From the IMG/VR virus record IMGVR_UViG_3300043468_001158: a DNA stretch of 64,000 bases; one strand, given 5' to 3'. Numbering within the stretch: the first letter of the stretch is position 1; each line of letters starts with the position of its first letter. The notes under the pieces are model-generated. The model saw only the letters and a list, made by a program, of their open reading frames with translations, was not told the DNA's origin and ran no database searches. This document shows, in pieces, positions 31,808 through 42,491 of this stretch. This stretch comes from a virus (Duplodnaviria; Caudoviricetes). The position numbers were made by a program, and so were the translations under genes.

Positions 31808-32028
31808 TACACAGGGTTGTGTTTCTTAGCTTCCTGCTCTAATCTTTTATTGATAAAGTCGGAAGCAATGTCACGTTCACCCGCTGTCATTTGCAAAGTT
31901 GTATGATAATCCCATGCACCACGAGAATACCAAGATAGTTCTAAACAACTTTGAATGATTGATTTTATCTCTGCTCCGAGCTGGTCAATTAGTGCTTGAA
32001 TTCGTGCTAATTCACCTGAACGGAGCAT
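31804..32028 (-). CDS. Baseplate hub assembly protein, gp51-like
   Basis: 74 aa; LELSWYSRGAWDYHTTLQMTAGER; follows the gp26-like gene. Confidence 0.55.
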   Translation of the reverse strand: MLRSGELARIQALIDQLGAEIKSIIQSCLELSWYSRGAWDYHTTLQMTAGERDIASDFINKRLEQEAKKHNPVY

Positions 32029-32813
32029 TAGGAGAAAAAACTTATAGGGTTCAATGGAAGTTCAACATCAAATTTTTCACCACAATCACGACATACTAAA
32101 GTAGATGTCAAATCTAATCCCCAATTATTGATATCATCAAGATATCCTGCTATTCGGTCAATATGATTTGCTCCAGCAGATCTAATCCATTCGCTAATCA
32201 AATTTCTATCTTCAATTCCGTCAATACTCTGAATAACACTCATTAGGTTCATAAAGATATTGTTTTGAATATCCTCAACTGAGAGTTTTTCTTTGCCTTC
32301 GTTTGCTTGTAACACTTCAATAATTTTGTCATATCTAGCAGGTTGAAGTTTTACTATTTGTCCATTTTCTAATCTAACCACAAACTGATTTTCTAGAATA
32401 GTTGAGTCAAGATACTTTATTGTTGATAATACTTGTTCTAAATCAATAGTATATGTATGTTGTCTTCCGTTTTCGCAACGATGATTGGCAGTAATTTCAT
32501 AACTTGGTCCATAAGTCACTAATCTCAAGAATAGCATAATAGCATCAACATCTTTACCAAATAGTTCAGTTGGTTTTATAATTCCTTGAATACAATTTGA
32601 GAATACTGGGTCTAATGCTTTACCGGTAAATAACATATCAGGATTCTTGAGAACTACTTCATCAAATGCATTCATTGGCTGAATATGTAATTCTCCAGCA
32701 GTAATACTACTATCTAATTCCCCGTTCGAATATAGAAGACCTCTAGAAGGTAATTGAAGAACTCGGCCTGGAAGTTTTAATTTAGCGAGAAGTGGATTGT
32801 GTTCATTTAACAT
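32028..32813 (-). CDS. Baseplate hub assembly chaperone, gp26-like
   Basis: LQLPSRGLLY...IQPMNAFDEVVLKNPD...DVDAIMLFLRLVTYG, two Cys pairs (CENG; CRDCGE). Perfect TATAAATA late promoter on the minus strand near 32867. Confidence 0.7.
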   Translation of the reverse strand: MLNEHNPLLAKLKLPGRVLQLPSRGLLYSNGELDSSITAGELHIQPMNAFDEVVLKNPDMLFTGKALDPVFSNCIQGIIKPTELFGKDVDAIMLFLRLVTYGPSYEITANHRCENGRQHTYTIDLEQVLSTIKYLDSTILENQFVVRLENGQIVKLQPARYDKIIEVLQANEGKEKLSVEDIQNNIFMNLMSVIQSIDGIEDRNLISEWIRSAGANHIDRIAGYLDDINNWGLDLTSTLVCRDCGEKFDVELPLNPISFFS

Positions 32814-32935
32814 GATGTAAGAAACCTTATAATATAGAGTTATGATTATACAATAAATACTAAAACTATTTATACTTTGTAAATACCCACCATATACCCA
32901 ACATCACTGCAAAGCAAGAGAGAGAAATACAAATT

Positions 32936-35900
32936 ATGGCAAGAGCAGTTTCTGAAGCACAATTACGAGAAGAAACATACCAAATTCTTCTAAAGATAGA
33001 AAGAGCACTTAGTAATGGTAGTGCTTCAGTTGGTTCGGGTGGTGATAGAGGAAGTGACCGACGAGGAGCAGGAAGTGGGACTAACGATAGCGGAAGTAAT
33101 ACTCAAAGTGATGCTGCTCAACGACGTCGTGAAGCCCTACAGAACCGCACTACACAAGAGTTAGAACAAACTCTTGATAGTTTGATAAACTCTATTGAAG
33201 ACTTAAAGAATAGCGTTGAAGGACATGAAGAAAGGTTATCAGATGATAGAAGACAACTTCTTGCTGACCAACGCGAAGAAGCTCAAATAGCACGTGAAAT
33301 CATTCTTGAAGCTAGACGTGGGGAAATAGAACAATCAGAAATTATCCAAAATAGTTCGAGAAGATTAGGTCGAGCTTTATCAAGTTTGACCGAACCTGTT
33401 CGTGCAAACTGGAATGCTTTTGAAGACTATAACTTGAGCATGAACAAATCCATTTCCGCTCAGTCTTCAATGTTAGCTGGAATGGTCGAAGGTTCAAGTC
33501 TTCAAAATGCGGCATATGATAAGTATATTACTAAGCTACTTGATGCAAGTGATACACTATCAAGCTTTACTAATTTAGGTCGAGAGTTGTCTTCGGTTCA
33601 AGATTTGTCTGAAGCAATTGATGAACTGAATAAAGATGGTAAAGTATTTGAAGCATTACTGAAAGAGCACGGAAATCAAACATCGGAATACATTGAAAGT
33701 CTATACGAGCTTGAACAAGCTACTGGTAATTTAACAGACCATCAACGAGAGATTCTGGAAATTGCAAGAAAAACTAATATGATGGATGAACATGGACGAG
33801 TTCAAAATGTTCAGGCTATTCGAAATCATACAAATCAAATCAAAGCTGATATGATAAAAATGCAAGAGATTGCAGTCAAGCATATGACTATTGCTAAAAT
33901 GACACAATCGTTCCATGATAAGTTTGGAAAATACGCTAGCGCATTATTTGGAGGCAAAGGCCCATTTGGGTTATTTGCTTTAGGTGTTATGATGCTTGGC
34001 GATAGCATTGTCAAAGTCTATGACCAGTTTACTAAAGCTGCTGATATTGGTATGCTTGGCGCAAATGATTACTTAGGAAGTTTTGCAAGACTCAAAGAAG
34101 CACAAGTTCAGTTAGGTATTAGTTTTGAAGAAACTGCTAAAATCTTCCAAGAGAACCGAAGAATGGCTTATAGCGTTGGTGATAATGTTGGTGATTTTGC
34201 AGATGCCTTAGATGAAGGTCAAAAGAGTTTGATTTTGTTAGGCATGGGTAATGAAGATGCTGCTAAGACTGCGGTTGATTTTGCAAAGAATGCAACTAAA
34301 GCAGGTATTGACATCACAAGTAATGATAAAGTAAGAAAGGCTATGAAGACTCAAACGGAAGCATATGGCCGATTGAAAGTATTGACAGGTGCTTCAGCTT
34401 CAGAGTTCAAAGCTCTTAATGATGAGCTTTTTGACGCTCAATCTGTTCAAGAGCAATTGAATGGTATAGGTCGAGACGAGCGAGAAGTAAGAATGAATGC
34501 GATGTTCAAATTACGTGAAGACTTCGTCAAGTTAGGACTTTCAGCTCAATCCGCTAATAAAGCACTTATCTCTATTCAGGATTTAGGCAAAGAAAAGTTA
34601 GCAGACAGATTTACCCAAGCAGCAAAGTTCCAACAATTAGCAGGTGTTCTTGGAATGAAGAATGCAGCTCAACTTGGTCAAATAGTTCGTAAAGGTGATA
34701 GAGCTACAGCTGATGAGAAGAAAGAACTAATGGAAGCTGCGGTTGAAATGCAAAAACGCGCTGATGTTAGAAGACGCGGAAGTTATGGCGATGAGAACAT
34801 TATCCAGTCTTTAGTTGGTGGTTTATCAGGACCGTTACTTGCTATGATGGAACAAGGACGAGAAGCTTCTAAAACAACCGATGCTTTAGGCAAGTTTGCT
34901 GAGAAAGCTTTTGGTCGTCAAACCGTTGATGGAGATATCAAGATACCGCCTTGGGCAGCAACATTGATTGACATTGGACATAGTATTGAGACTGTTATCA
35001 CTGACCCGATTGTAAAAGCTATTGGTGGAATTGCTCTTGCTGCTGGTGGCTTGCTTCTGCTTTTTAGAGCCGGAGGTTCAGTTATTGAAACTTTCAGAAG
35101 CATGAAAAATTCGTTGTTCAATATTGACAAGAACACTGGTAGTATGTCATCATCGACAGGTGATGATAGTAGTGGTGGAACCGCACAAGAAAGAGCTGAA
35201 CGACGTAGAAGAGAAGAAAGTCAAAGAAGAAGACGAGGTGGGGTTAGAAATAGAACGACACCTGCAAGACCAAGAGCTGGAAATGTTAGCCGATTAGCTG
35301 GGGCGTTGAAGCCAACAGGTTTTGGAGTTGGTGCATTAGCTTCAGGTTTAGCGGCTAATGCTATTATTGACAATCAAACTAACCCGGAAACTGGCGAAGT
35401 ATCAACTGGCGGAAAATTGGCTGCAATGGCATCAGGCGCGATGTCCGGTGCATCATTGGGAATGCTATCTGGTAACCCGTTAGTCGGTTTAGCAGGTGGA
35501 GTGATTGGCGCAGGTGTTGGTTTATATGGTGCATCGGGAGGAGGAGAAGGTTCAAGTGATGCGTCTCCAACATCTGGTATATCAAGTTCATATCCGGTAG
35601 GAACGAATCCCCCATCAATCTATAGTCCACAACCATCTGCGTCAACAGCTTCTAGAGTAACCCCAATAGGTGGTTCAACTGCTGGAACATCAAGTTCAAG
35701 TAGTTCAAACGAAGCTGATGCTCCAGTTATTAGGCTGTCAAAAGATACTATCGCTAAACTTGGTAATTATCTAACAACTTTGAATGACACACAAACTAAG
35801 TCACTAAATATAGAACAAGACCAGCTTGATATGCTTGCCGCATTAGTGACAGCAAGTGATGAAGCTTATAAGAATGCAAAAAGTCTCAAACCAATTCCAG

Positions 35901-35950
35901 GTCATTCATCATTATTTGGCAGAGGTGGTCGTTATGAATATATCAACTAA
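32936..35950 (+). CDS. Tape-measure-like protein (1004 aa)
   Basis: Long helical/coiled-coil protein with Gly-rich hydrophobic segments; divergent from the gp26-like gene and upstream of the portal; TAAATA at 32880-32885. Confidence 0.6.
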   Translation: MARAVSEAQLREETYQILLKIERALSNGSASVGSGGDRGSDRRGAGSGTNDSGSNTQSDAAQRRREALQNRTTQELEQTLDSLINSIEDLKNSVEGHEERLSDDRRQLLADQREEAQIAREIILEARRGEIEQSEIIQNSSRRLGRALSSLTEPVRANWNAFEDYNLSMNKSISAQSSMLAGMVEGSSLQNAAYDKYITKLLDASDTLSSFTNLGRELSSVQDLSEAIDELNKDGKVFEALLKEHGNQTSEYIESLYELEQATGNLTDHQREILEIARKTNMMDEHGRVQNVQAIRNHTNQIKADMIKMQEIAVKHMTIAKMTQSFHDKFGKYASALFGGKGPFGLFALGVMMLGDSIVKVYDQFTKAADIGMLGANDYLGSFARLKEAQVQLGISFEETAKIFQENRRMAYSVGDNVGDFADALDEGQKSLILLGMGNEDAAKTAVDFAKNATKAGIDITSNDKVRKAMKTQTEAYGRLKVLTGASASEFKALNDELFDAQSVQEQLNGIGRDEREVRMNAMFKLREDFVKLGLSAQSANKALISIQDLGKEKLADRFTQAAKFQQLAGVLGMKNAAQLGQIVRKGDRATADEKKELMEAAVEMQKRADVRRRGSYGDENIIQSLVGGLSGPLLAMMEQGREASKTTDALGKFAEKAFGRQTVDGDIKIPPWAATLIDIGHSIETVITDPIVKAIGGIALAAGGLLLLFRAGGSVIETFRSMKNSLFNIDKNTGSMSSSTGDDSSGGTAQERAERRRREESQRRRRGGVRNRTTPARPRAGNVSRLAGALKPTGFGVGALASGLAANAIIDNQTNPETGEVSTGGKLAAMASGAMSGASLGMLSGNPLVGLAGGVIGAGVGLYGASGGGEGSSDASPTSGISSSYPVGTNPPSIYSPQPSASTASRVTPIGGSTAGTSSSSSSNEADAPVIRLSKDTIAKLGNYLTTLNDTQTKSLNIEQDQLDMLAALVTASDEAYKNAKSLKPIPGHSSLFGRGGRYEYIN

Positions 35951-35963
35951 TACGGAATACTAA

Positions 35964-37688
35964 ATGGCAACTTTACAAAGTTACTTCAGAATAATCACTC
36001 CAGTATCGAGTCAGAAGCAATATACTCAATTGCATGCTGACTCGACTAATATGAATGGACCTAACGGGTTCTCAAACGCTGCATCGTCTGTTGCTTTTCT
36101 AACTCAAGTAATGAAAGGCGCTGGAACTCGTATGCAACGATACATTCAGTATGATAGCATGGATAATGATATTGACATCTCTCGTGCTCTTGATATTATC
36201 GCTGAAGAAATATCAAATGACGACGAAACCACCAATCTTCCATTCGAAATAGAGTATCAAACTGAAGATGACCAGGAAGTATCGGAAAATACCGTTACTA
36301 CTATTCGTGCGGCTCTTAGACAATGGTCTCGCGTTCAAGACTTTAGCAATCGCATCTTCCGCATTGGTCGCATTATGTCAAAGTATGGCGACTGCTTCTT
36401 CAAGAAGTCGGCTGATACTAAAAAGTGGGAATACCTTGACCCATCTAAAGTATTGGGTATCTATCTTGACGAAAATGGTGACCGAGTTGCATACCAACTA
36501 AAAGGCGATGGTGGTGGAATGGTTGGATATGCAGGTAAGGTGACTGATGTAGAGGTCGTACCTGCTGCAGGGATTATCCACTTTACCCTGTCTGATGACA
36601 TGGGTGAAAGTGCTCCATTCGGCGAAAGTGTTCTTCAACCAATCTTTAGAACCTTCAAACAGCTTTCAATGTTAGAAGACTCTGTCATCATCTACCGTCT
36701 TGTTAGGGCACCTGAACGTCGAGTCTTCTATGTTGACGTTGGTAATATGCCTCAACAACGTGTTAAGCAATATCTTGAGAACATCAAGAATGAGATACGT
36801 CAAAAGAGAATGCCTAACACAACCAACAATCAAGACGTCATCGACGGAACTTATAATCCTAACAGTATCTCTGAAGACTATTACTTTCCAGTGACTGCCT
36901 CAGGTCGTTCTTCTCGTGTAGAAGTATTGCCAGGTGGCGAAAACTTGGGTGAATTGAATGAGTTGAAATACTTCCGTGAAAAGCTTTACAAAGGCTTACG
37001 TGTTCCAACCTCTTACTTAGGTGGAGCAGATGCACAACCTCAACAATACAATGACGGTAAGTTAGGTGTTGCACTTCTTGACGAGTTACGATTTGCCAAC
37101 TACATCCGTCGATTACAGAACAAGATTGAATGTGTGATGGACGAACAGTTCAAACTCTATCTCAAAACGATTGGTATCAATGTCGAAGATTGGTTATTCC
37201 TTCTTAGATTACCTGAACCACAAAACTTTGGTATCTACCGTCAAAATGCTCTTGACTCAGACTTAATCAATGCATTCAAATCGATTGAAGATGTCAAACA
37301 GTTGTCAATGAGATGGAAACTAAAACGTTACTTAGGCTTAACTGAAGATGACTTGCAAATGAATGAGAAAATGCTCAAACAAGAACTTGAGATTGATGAA
37401 GATGCTAATGTTTCTGATTTACGTCAAATCTATGACCCAGTTCAAATGGAAGCTAGACAAGCCGCGAAAATCAAACCTAAACATATCGAGTCAGATGAAG
37501 CTCCGGCTGGTGGAGGCGGAGGCGGAGATGAGTTAGGTATGGACATGGGAGGAGGAAGCCCTCCTCCAGGTGATGATTTAGGTGGTGGTCTTGGTGGTGA
37601 TTTAGGTGGTGGTCTTGGTGGTGGAGCTGACGACATGGGACTTGGAGCACCAGGAGCCGGTGGTGGCATGGACAATTTAGGTCTATAA
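35964..37688 (+). CDS. gp20: Portal protein gp20
   Basis: LSMLEDSVIIYRLVRAPERRVFYVDVGNMP, EDYYFP, VEVLPGGENLGE, LRVPTSYL; Gly/Asp-rich C-terminal tail. Confidence 0.95.
   Translation: MATLQSYFRIITPVSSQKQYTQLHADSTNMNGPNGFSNAASSVAFLTQVMKGAGTRMQRYIQYDSMDNDIDISRALDIIAEEISNDDETTNLPFEIEYQTEDDQEVSENTVTTIRAALRQWSRVQDFSNRIFRIGRIMSKYGDCFFKKSADTKKWEYLDPSKVLGIYLDENGDRVAYQLKGDGGGMVGYAGKVTDVEVVPAAGIIHFTLSDDMGESAPFGESVLQPIFRTFKQLSMLEDSVIIYRLVRAPERRVFYVDVGNMPQQRVKQYLENIKNEIRQKRMPNTTNNQDVIDGTYNPNSISEDYYFPVTASGRSSRVEVLPGGENLGELNELKYFREKLYKGLRVPTSYLGGADAQPQQYNDGKLGVALLDELRFANYIRRLQNKIECVMDEQFKLYLKTIGINVEDWLFLLRLPEPQNFGIYRQNALDSDLINAFKSIEDVKQLSMRWKLKRYLGLTEDDLQMNEKMLKQELEIDEDANVSDLRQIYDPVQMEARQAAKIKPKHIESDEAPAGGGGGGDELGMDMGGGSPPPGDDLGGGLGGDLGGGLGGGADDMGLGAPGAGGGMDNLGL
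37575..37622 (+). repeat. 24-bp tandem duplication in the portal C-terminal tail
   Basis: GATTTAGGTGGTGGTCTTGGTGGT x2, encoding DLGGGLGG. Confidence 0.9.
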
Positions 37689-37753
37689 AAATCAAAGATT
37701 ATCCTAAATAGATAATCACTTAAAAATCTACAAATACATGGAGAGACAATATC

Positions 37754-38374
37754 ATGTCACAACAAATATTACTTACTGAAGACCTAACTCCTGATCAAGC
37801 TAACTTAATTGAAAGCATTGATGATGGCAAAAACTATTATCTTTCTGGCATTATGATGCAAGCAGGCGTTATCAATGGAAATGGCCGCGAGTATCAATTA
37901 GCAGAAATGTTGAAAGTTGTTGAAGAAAACTCTAAAAAGATTGCAAGCGGTCAGCTAATCATGGGTGAGCTGACCCACCCTAACAATATCGCTATCAACC
38001 TTGCCAACGTATCTCATGCTATTACTGAAATGAGAATGGATGGTTCAAACGTAGTTGGTAAAATGAAACTTTTGAATACTCCATCTGGTCAAATTGCAAA
38101 AGCGATTCTTGAAGGTGGTGTTAGACTTGGTGTTTCTTCTCGTGGTACAGGTTCAGTCGGTGCTGACGGTAAAGTATCTGGCTTTAGCTTTGTGACTGTT
38201 GATATCGTTGATAATCCTTCAGCTCCTGATGCTCGCCCTAACCTTGTTCGTGAAAGCTTAGAAAATCAAAAGATAGTAACCTTAGCTGAAATTGTGGTAG
38301 AAGACAAAAGTGCTCAAAAGCATTTAGAAAAAGAAATCAAAAAATTCTTACTATCAATAGTTACAAAAAAATAA
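37754..38374 (+). CDS. gp21: Prohead protease gp21
   Basis: NGNGREY, GELTHP, GVSSRGTGS, TVDIVDNPSAPDA. TAAATA at 37705-37710. Confidence 0.95.
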   Translation: MSQQILLTEDLTPDQANLIESIDDGKNYYLSGIMMQAGVINGNGREYQLAEMLKVVEENSKKIASGQLIMGELTHPNNIAINLANVSHAITEMRMDGSNVVGKMKLLNTPSGQIAKAILEGGVRLGVSSRGTGSVGADGKVSGFSFVTVDIVDNPSAPDARPNLVRESLENQKIVTLAEIVVEDKSAQKHLEKEIKKFLLSIVTKK

Positions 38375-38395
38375 AGAACCAGGGAGAAAATAAAA

Positions 38396-38872
38396 ATGAA
38401 ACCAGAAAAATCAATGAAAGAATTGTTTGAAATTGCTGGTATTAAAGATATTGATAAAGCTCTATCTTTGATTACCGAAGTTAATCTACGAGAAGTCGAC
38501 CTTACTACAAAACAAATTGCCGATAAAATAAGTGCAGCATTTGAAAAAGATTTTGGTTCGCTTAGAACCAGCGAAACTGAAAACCTGTCGAATAAAATGT
38601 ATAAGCTAATTGTAGATAAAGATTTTCTTGATGGAAAAACACCTGTTGCTAGATTTAGAATACCAGTTATTACAAAAGCAAATGATTTGCATAACATTCA
38701 CAATTCTTATGAAGCATTTAACAAAATACTAGATAAGTTCTACAATTCTTTACGTAATGAAGGATATCTTATAACTCAACCAAAAGGCGGGTATATTAAG
38801 GGTGATACTTGGGAAGGCAATGGAACAGTTGGAAATATCATGACATTTTTTGTAGCAGGAAAACCGGAGTAA
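38396..38872 (+). CDS. Paralog array member 1 (putative internal head protein)
   Basis: N-terminus MKPEKSMKELFEIAGIKDIDKALSLITE shared with 38879 and 41124. Confidence 0.65.
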   Translation: MKPEKSMKELFEIAGIKDIDKALSLITEVNLREVDLTTKQIADKISAAFEKDFGSLRTSETENLSNKMYKLIVDKDFLDGKTPVARFRIPVITKANDLHNIHNSYEAFNKILDKFYNSLRNEGYLITQPKGGYIKGDTWEGNGTVGNIMTFFVAGKPE

Positions 38873-38878
38873 GTCAAA

Positions 38879-39505
38879 ATGAAATCAGAAAAATCAATGA
38901 AAGAGCTGTTTGAGATTGCAGGTATTAAGGATATTGACTCAGCTCTGTCTTTGATTACTGAGGCATCAACTTCATCAGCAGGTTGGGCAGACTGGAATGA
39001 TACTTTACGAGATGCGTTACAGATAATACTTATTGGTAAAGAACTTACCCGAGTTACTTTATCTGACCCATCATCAGCAGTCATTATAAAAAATGTTGCA
39101 TTTAATTCTTTTCGTGACCCTGAGAAATTGTTAATCATTTATGATAAAACTATAGATTGGCATCCGCTAAGAGAGCATAAAGAATATCAACAAGGCATGC
39201 TCAAGAAGATAAAAAGCTTTTTACCAAAAGGTAGTAAAGTGGGTGGATATGAAAGTCAAAACTATCAATCACAAGGGATGATAGGCATTGATGGAGTAAA
39301 AATAAAAGCTCAATATCCTGGCAATTATGTTGGCGGTTTATTGTCTAATGTCAAAGATAAAGTTCCGGTTATAGTTGGAGCTAAAGCATCAGAACAATTA
39401 TTAGAGGCAGCAAAGATTGTCAATGACGCCATTAAGAATAACGTAAATGTCATTGCATGCCAACGAGAACTAATTGAAAAGAATTTAGACGAGTACGCAG
39501 AATAA
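38879..39505 (+). CDS. Paralog array member 2 (putative internal head protein)
   Basis: N-terminus as member 1; C-terminus ACQRELIEKNLDEYAE shared with members 3 and 4. Confidence 0.65.
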   Translation: MKSEKSMKELFEIAGIKDIDSALSLITEASTSSAGWADWNDTLRDALQIILIGKELTRVTLSDPSSAVIIKNVAFNSFRDPEKLLIIYDKTIDWHPLREHKEYQQGMLKKIKSFLPKGSKVGGYESQNYQSQGMIGIDGVKIKAQYPGNYVGGLLSNVKDKVPVIVGAKASEQLLEAAKIVNDAIKNNVNVIACQRELIEKNLDEYAE

Positions 39506-40098
39506 TGAAAATTAACGAACTATTTACTGAAGCAGCACCAACTAAGTTTAATAAAGACCTATACGTTTTAAATTATATAAAAGAAAAACTTATTGGAAAA
39601 ACATTAGTGATGCATAATGAAAACATGGCAGTACGTGATTCACGTAGTATGATGAAATTAGAAATAACTGATATTGATATATGGAAACGTGGATGGAATG
39701 ATTATCAGATTTATGTAAATGGACTTAAGAAGATGCCTATATGGCATAATCCAAGTAAGAAAGCGCTAATGCATCCCTATGGAGATAATTCTATAATTTC
39801 TCAAATTAAAGTACTTCTCGGAACTGATATGAGTTTTTCTGTTAGTTGGACTGAAAATGGGCAACAATCAAAAAACTCTTTAGGAGTTTTTATTGATATG
39901 TGGGAGTATGATAATAATTTTAAAGGGGGCTTATTGCATCATCTTAAATCTAAAAAACCAATTTTAGTTGGCCCAAATGCCAGTAGTGAATTAAGAATGT
40001 CGGCTGATATTATCAATTCTTGTATTCAAAAAAATACCGACATCGTTGCATGTCAACGAGCATTAATTGAAAGAGACTTAGACGAGTACGCAGAATAA
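39505..40098 (+). CDS. Paralog array member 3 (putative internal head protein)
   Basis: MKINELFTE start; C-terminal GGLL...ACQRALIERDLDEYAE. Confidence 0.65.
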   Translation: MKINELFTEAAPTKFNKDLYVLNYIKEKLIGKTLVMHNENMAVRDSRSMMKLEITDIDIWKRGWNDYQIYVNGLKKMPIWHNPSKKALMHPYGDNSIISQIKVLLGTDMSFSVSWTENGQQSKNSLGVFIDMWEYDNNFKGGLLHHLKSKKPILVGPNASSELRMSADIINSCIQKNTDIVACQRALIERDLDEYAE

Positions 40099-40700
40099 TG
40101 AAAATTAATGAACTGTTTGAAAAGGTAACTTTACAAGAAGCATCGTTAGGATTTGCTGAGCATAATGATATTCTATTGTTTTTTATTCAAAAGAAACTTG
40201 TCAAAAAACAATTGAAAACCAGTAAATCGCTAATCATTGATGAAGTAACCAAAATAGCTTCTCCTGATAGTAAAGAATATAACATTAGTTATACAATTCA
40301 AGGTGAAGAACCAGGTCCACGTAAACATCAAGTAGATTACAATGAAGATGCGGAAAATTTAGCAATTTCAAAAGAAAAACAATTATTTGGAAAATTAATT
40401 GAACCATTAATTGCTAACGGGACACAAGTTGAAGTTTTACGTCAATCACGAAATTTTGTTAAAGGCAATGGTTCTTTTGGCACAACAATACAGGTGCCAA
40501 TTCAATACGACAATAAGTTTGTTGGTGGTTTATTGCGTCATGTCAAAGAAGGAATCCCTGTTATCATTGATGAAAATGCAATACCTGCGTTAAAACAAGC
40601 AGCAAAAAAAATAAATGAATATGTTTTAAAAAATAACACAGACATTATTGCATGTCAACGAGAAATGATTGAGCGTGATTTAGACGAGTACGCAGAATAA
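40098..40700 (+). CDS. Paralog array member 4 (putative internal head protein)
   Basis: MKINELFE start; C-terminal GGLL...ACQREMIERDLDEYAE. Confidence 0.65.
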   Translation: MKINELFEKVTLQEASLGFAEHNDILLFFIQKKLVKKQLKTSKSLIIDEVTKIASPDSKEYNISYTIQGEEPGPRKHQVDYNEDAENLAISKEKQLFGKLIEPLIANGTQVEVLRQSRNFVKGNGSFGTTIQVPIQYDNKFVGGLLRHVKEGIPVIIDENAIPALKQAAKKINEYVLKNNTDIIACQREMIERDLDEYAE

Positions 40701-40741
40701 CAAAATTTAACCCCCGAACACTTCATACGGAGAATTATAAA

Positions 40742-41119
40742 ATGAAAGACTTTGAAAAACTAATGAAAATTGCTGGAATTACTAATATCAATGAAAATGC
40801 TTTCAGCCAAAGCATTTATAGTGATGAAAAAGATTTTGAAACTAAAGAAAAAGCAATCAAAGGAAAACTCTTTAATGATCTTAAATCAAAAGATGAAAAG
40901 AAAATTGCATATGACTTAATATCAGAAGCAGAGCTTCTTCTTGGTCAATTCAATATGATGGTAAACGATTTTGATAAGTATCTTGGTGTTCCTAAAACTG
41001 AAAGATTTTACCATGAAGTAGTACGTTTTGGTGAGGCACTTCAGGCTCATTGTAAAAAAATAACCGGGTTTGACGGCGTTCAATCCTTAAATTTACATGT
41101 ACATAGCTTAAAGGACTAA
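40742..41119 (+). CDS. Paralog array member 5 (putative internal head protein)
   Basis: MKDFEKLMKIAGITNINE start containing the IAGI motif. Confidence 0.6.
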   Translation: MKDFEKLMKIAGITNINENAFSQSIYSDEKDFETKEKAIKGKLFNDLKSKDEKKIAYDLISEAELLLGQFNMMVNDFDKYLGVPKTERFYHEVVRFGEALQAHCKKITGFDGVQSLNLHVHSLKD

Positions 41120-41123
41120 GATA

Positions 41124-41423
41124 GTGAAAACTCTTCAACAACTATTTGAAATTGCTGGCATCAAAGACATTGATAAAGCAATGGCAATTCTGAATGAAGA
41201 CGACTTTCACACAATACTTTACAAGATTGATAAATGGATGCCTAGTGATTTATCAATTCAAGATGAGTATGATGATTTAGTTAGTAAAAAACATAAATCT
41301 TCAGCTGATGTTGAAGATTTAGCAGCTTTATTGTATAGAGAAGCAGATGAAGAAGTATTAAAGAAATACGGTTTTAGTGGTAATTGGAAAGCTTTAGCTA
41401 ATTATATTATTACTAATAAATAA
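41124..41423 (+). CDS. Paralog array member 6 (putative internal head protein)
   Basis: GTG start; LQQLFEIAGIKDIDKAMAILNE. Confidence 0.6.
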   Translation: MKTLQQLFEIAGIKDIDKAMAILNEDDFHTILYKIDKWMPSDLSIQDEYDDLVSKKHKSSADVEDLAALLYREADEEVLKKYGFSGNWKALANYIITNK

Positions 41424-41471
41424 AATCTAATAATGTAAATAGATTTTTATAATAATTGTAGTAGGAGATTT

Positions 41472-42203
41472 ATGTATTCGTTTTATCTAATTTATAGAAC
41501 TATATGTATAGTGAATAATAAATTTTATATAGGAAAACATAAAACAAACAATCTTAACGATAATTATTTAGGTAGTGGAAAACTTCTAAAAACCGCTATT
41601 GCCAAATATGGCAGAAATAATTTTGTTAGAGAAATATTACATTTTTGTTCCTCAGAAGAAGAAATGAACGAGTTAGAGACAAAAATTGTAAATGCCGAAA
41701 TGATTATGCGAGAAGATACTTATAATATTGCTATTGGCGGACAAGGAGGGTTAGGTGTAGCTCAATGTATTTCTGACGAAAAACGAAAAGAAATGACTGA
41801 TAGAATGGCACAAACCAAATCGGGAAGGACAAAAGAAGATTTTGAGTATCTACAGCGAATTAGTAATAAACTGCTTGGTAAAAATAAATTTAATACAGAA
41901 CATCATAGAAAAAATTCAGAAAGAATGTCTAAAGAAAATAAAGAAAACTCTGAAAGATGTAGAACACATTCTGAATTTATGAAAATAAAAATGAAAGGAG
42001 CAAATAATCATAATGCAAAAAATTGGATATTAGAAAATCCAATCGGAGAAGTGATTGAGACCGGAGACATAACGCTCTTTTGTCAAGAACTTGATTTAGC
42101 ATATTCAATTTTTAGATATAAAGCTCAAGTTCAAAACACTCTTCCTGTAACTAGGGGTAAAAGTAAAGGATGGAAAGTCATTTCATCATATTCAAAAACG
42201 TAA
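41472..42203 (+). mobile_element. Free-standing GIY-YIG (Seg-like) homing endonuclease
   Basis: YLIYRTICIVNNKFYIGKH...YLGSG...E...YN GIY-YIG motifs plus NUMOD-like C-terminal region; TAAATA at 41436-41441. Confidence 0.88.
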
Positions 42204-42224
42204 TAAAACTTAGGAGATACACAT

Positions 42225-42404
42225 ATGTCAGAAACGAAAGATTCAATAAGAAACTTCATTCAAAGCTTAATTAAAGATAATACAACTCAAGCAGAAATGG
42301 ATTTACATCCAGTTTTTACCACTAAAATGAAAGAGATAGCCGGCATTCAATCAAAACCTTCAGGCGAAGATTCTATTTCTTCTGAAGAAGATAATGACGA
42401 GTAA
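42225..42404 (+). CDS. Small acidic prohead core protein (gp67-like), 59 aa; absent from the ORF track
   Basis: AGGAG RBS; translated MSETKDSIRNFIQSLIKDNTTQAEMDLHPVFTTKMKEIAGIQSKPSGEDSISSEEDNDE; directly before the scaffold gene. Confidence 0.65.
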   Translation: MSETKDSIRNFIQSLIKDNTTQAEMDLHPVFTTKMKEIAGIQSKPSGEDSISSEEDNDE

Positions 42405-42491
42405 AAATCAAATTTATAGGTAACTACTATAAATAAAGTTAGCACCCTTGAATTAGGGTTTTAGATAATCAATATATCTTTGGAGGTAAAT

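Noticed and set aside
37500-37688. Gly-rich, higher-GC portal tail as foreign DNA
   Set aside because: It is an in-frame low-complexity C-terminus; the composition is explained by Gly codons.
39485-40700. Regularly spaced 21-31-bp repeats as a CRISPR array
   Set aside because: Spacing is ~600 bp and the repeats are coding gene junctions; no cas genes in the window.
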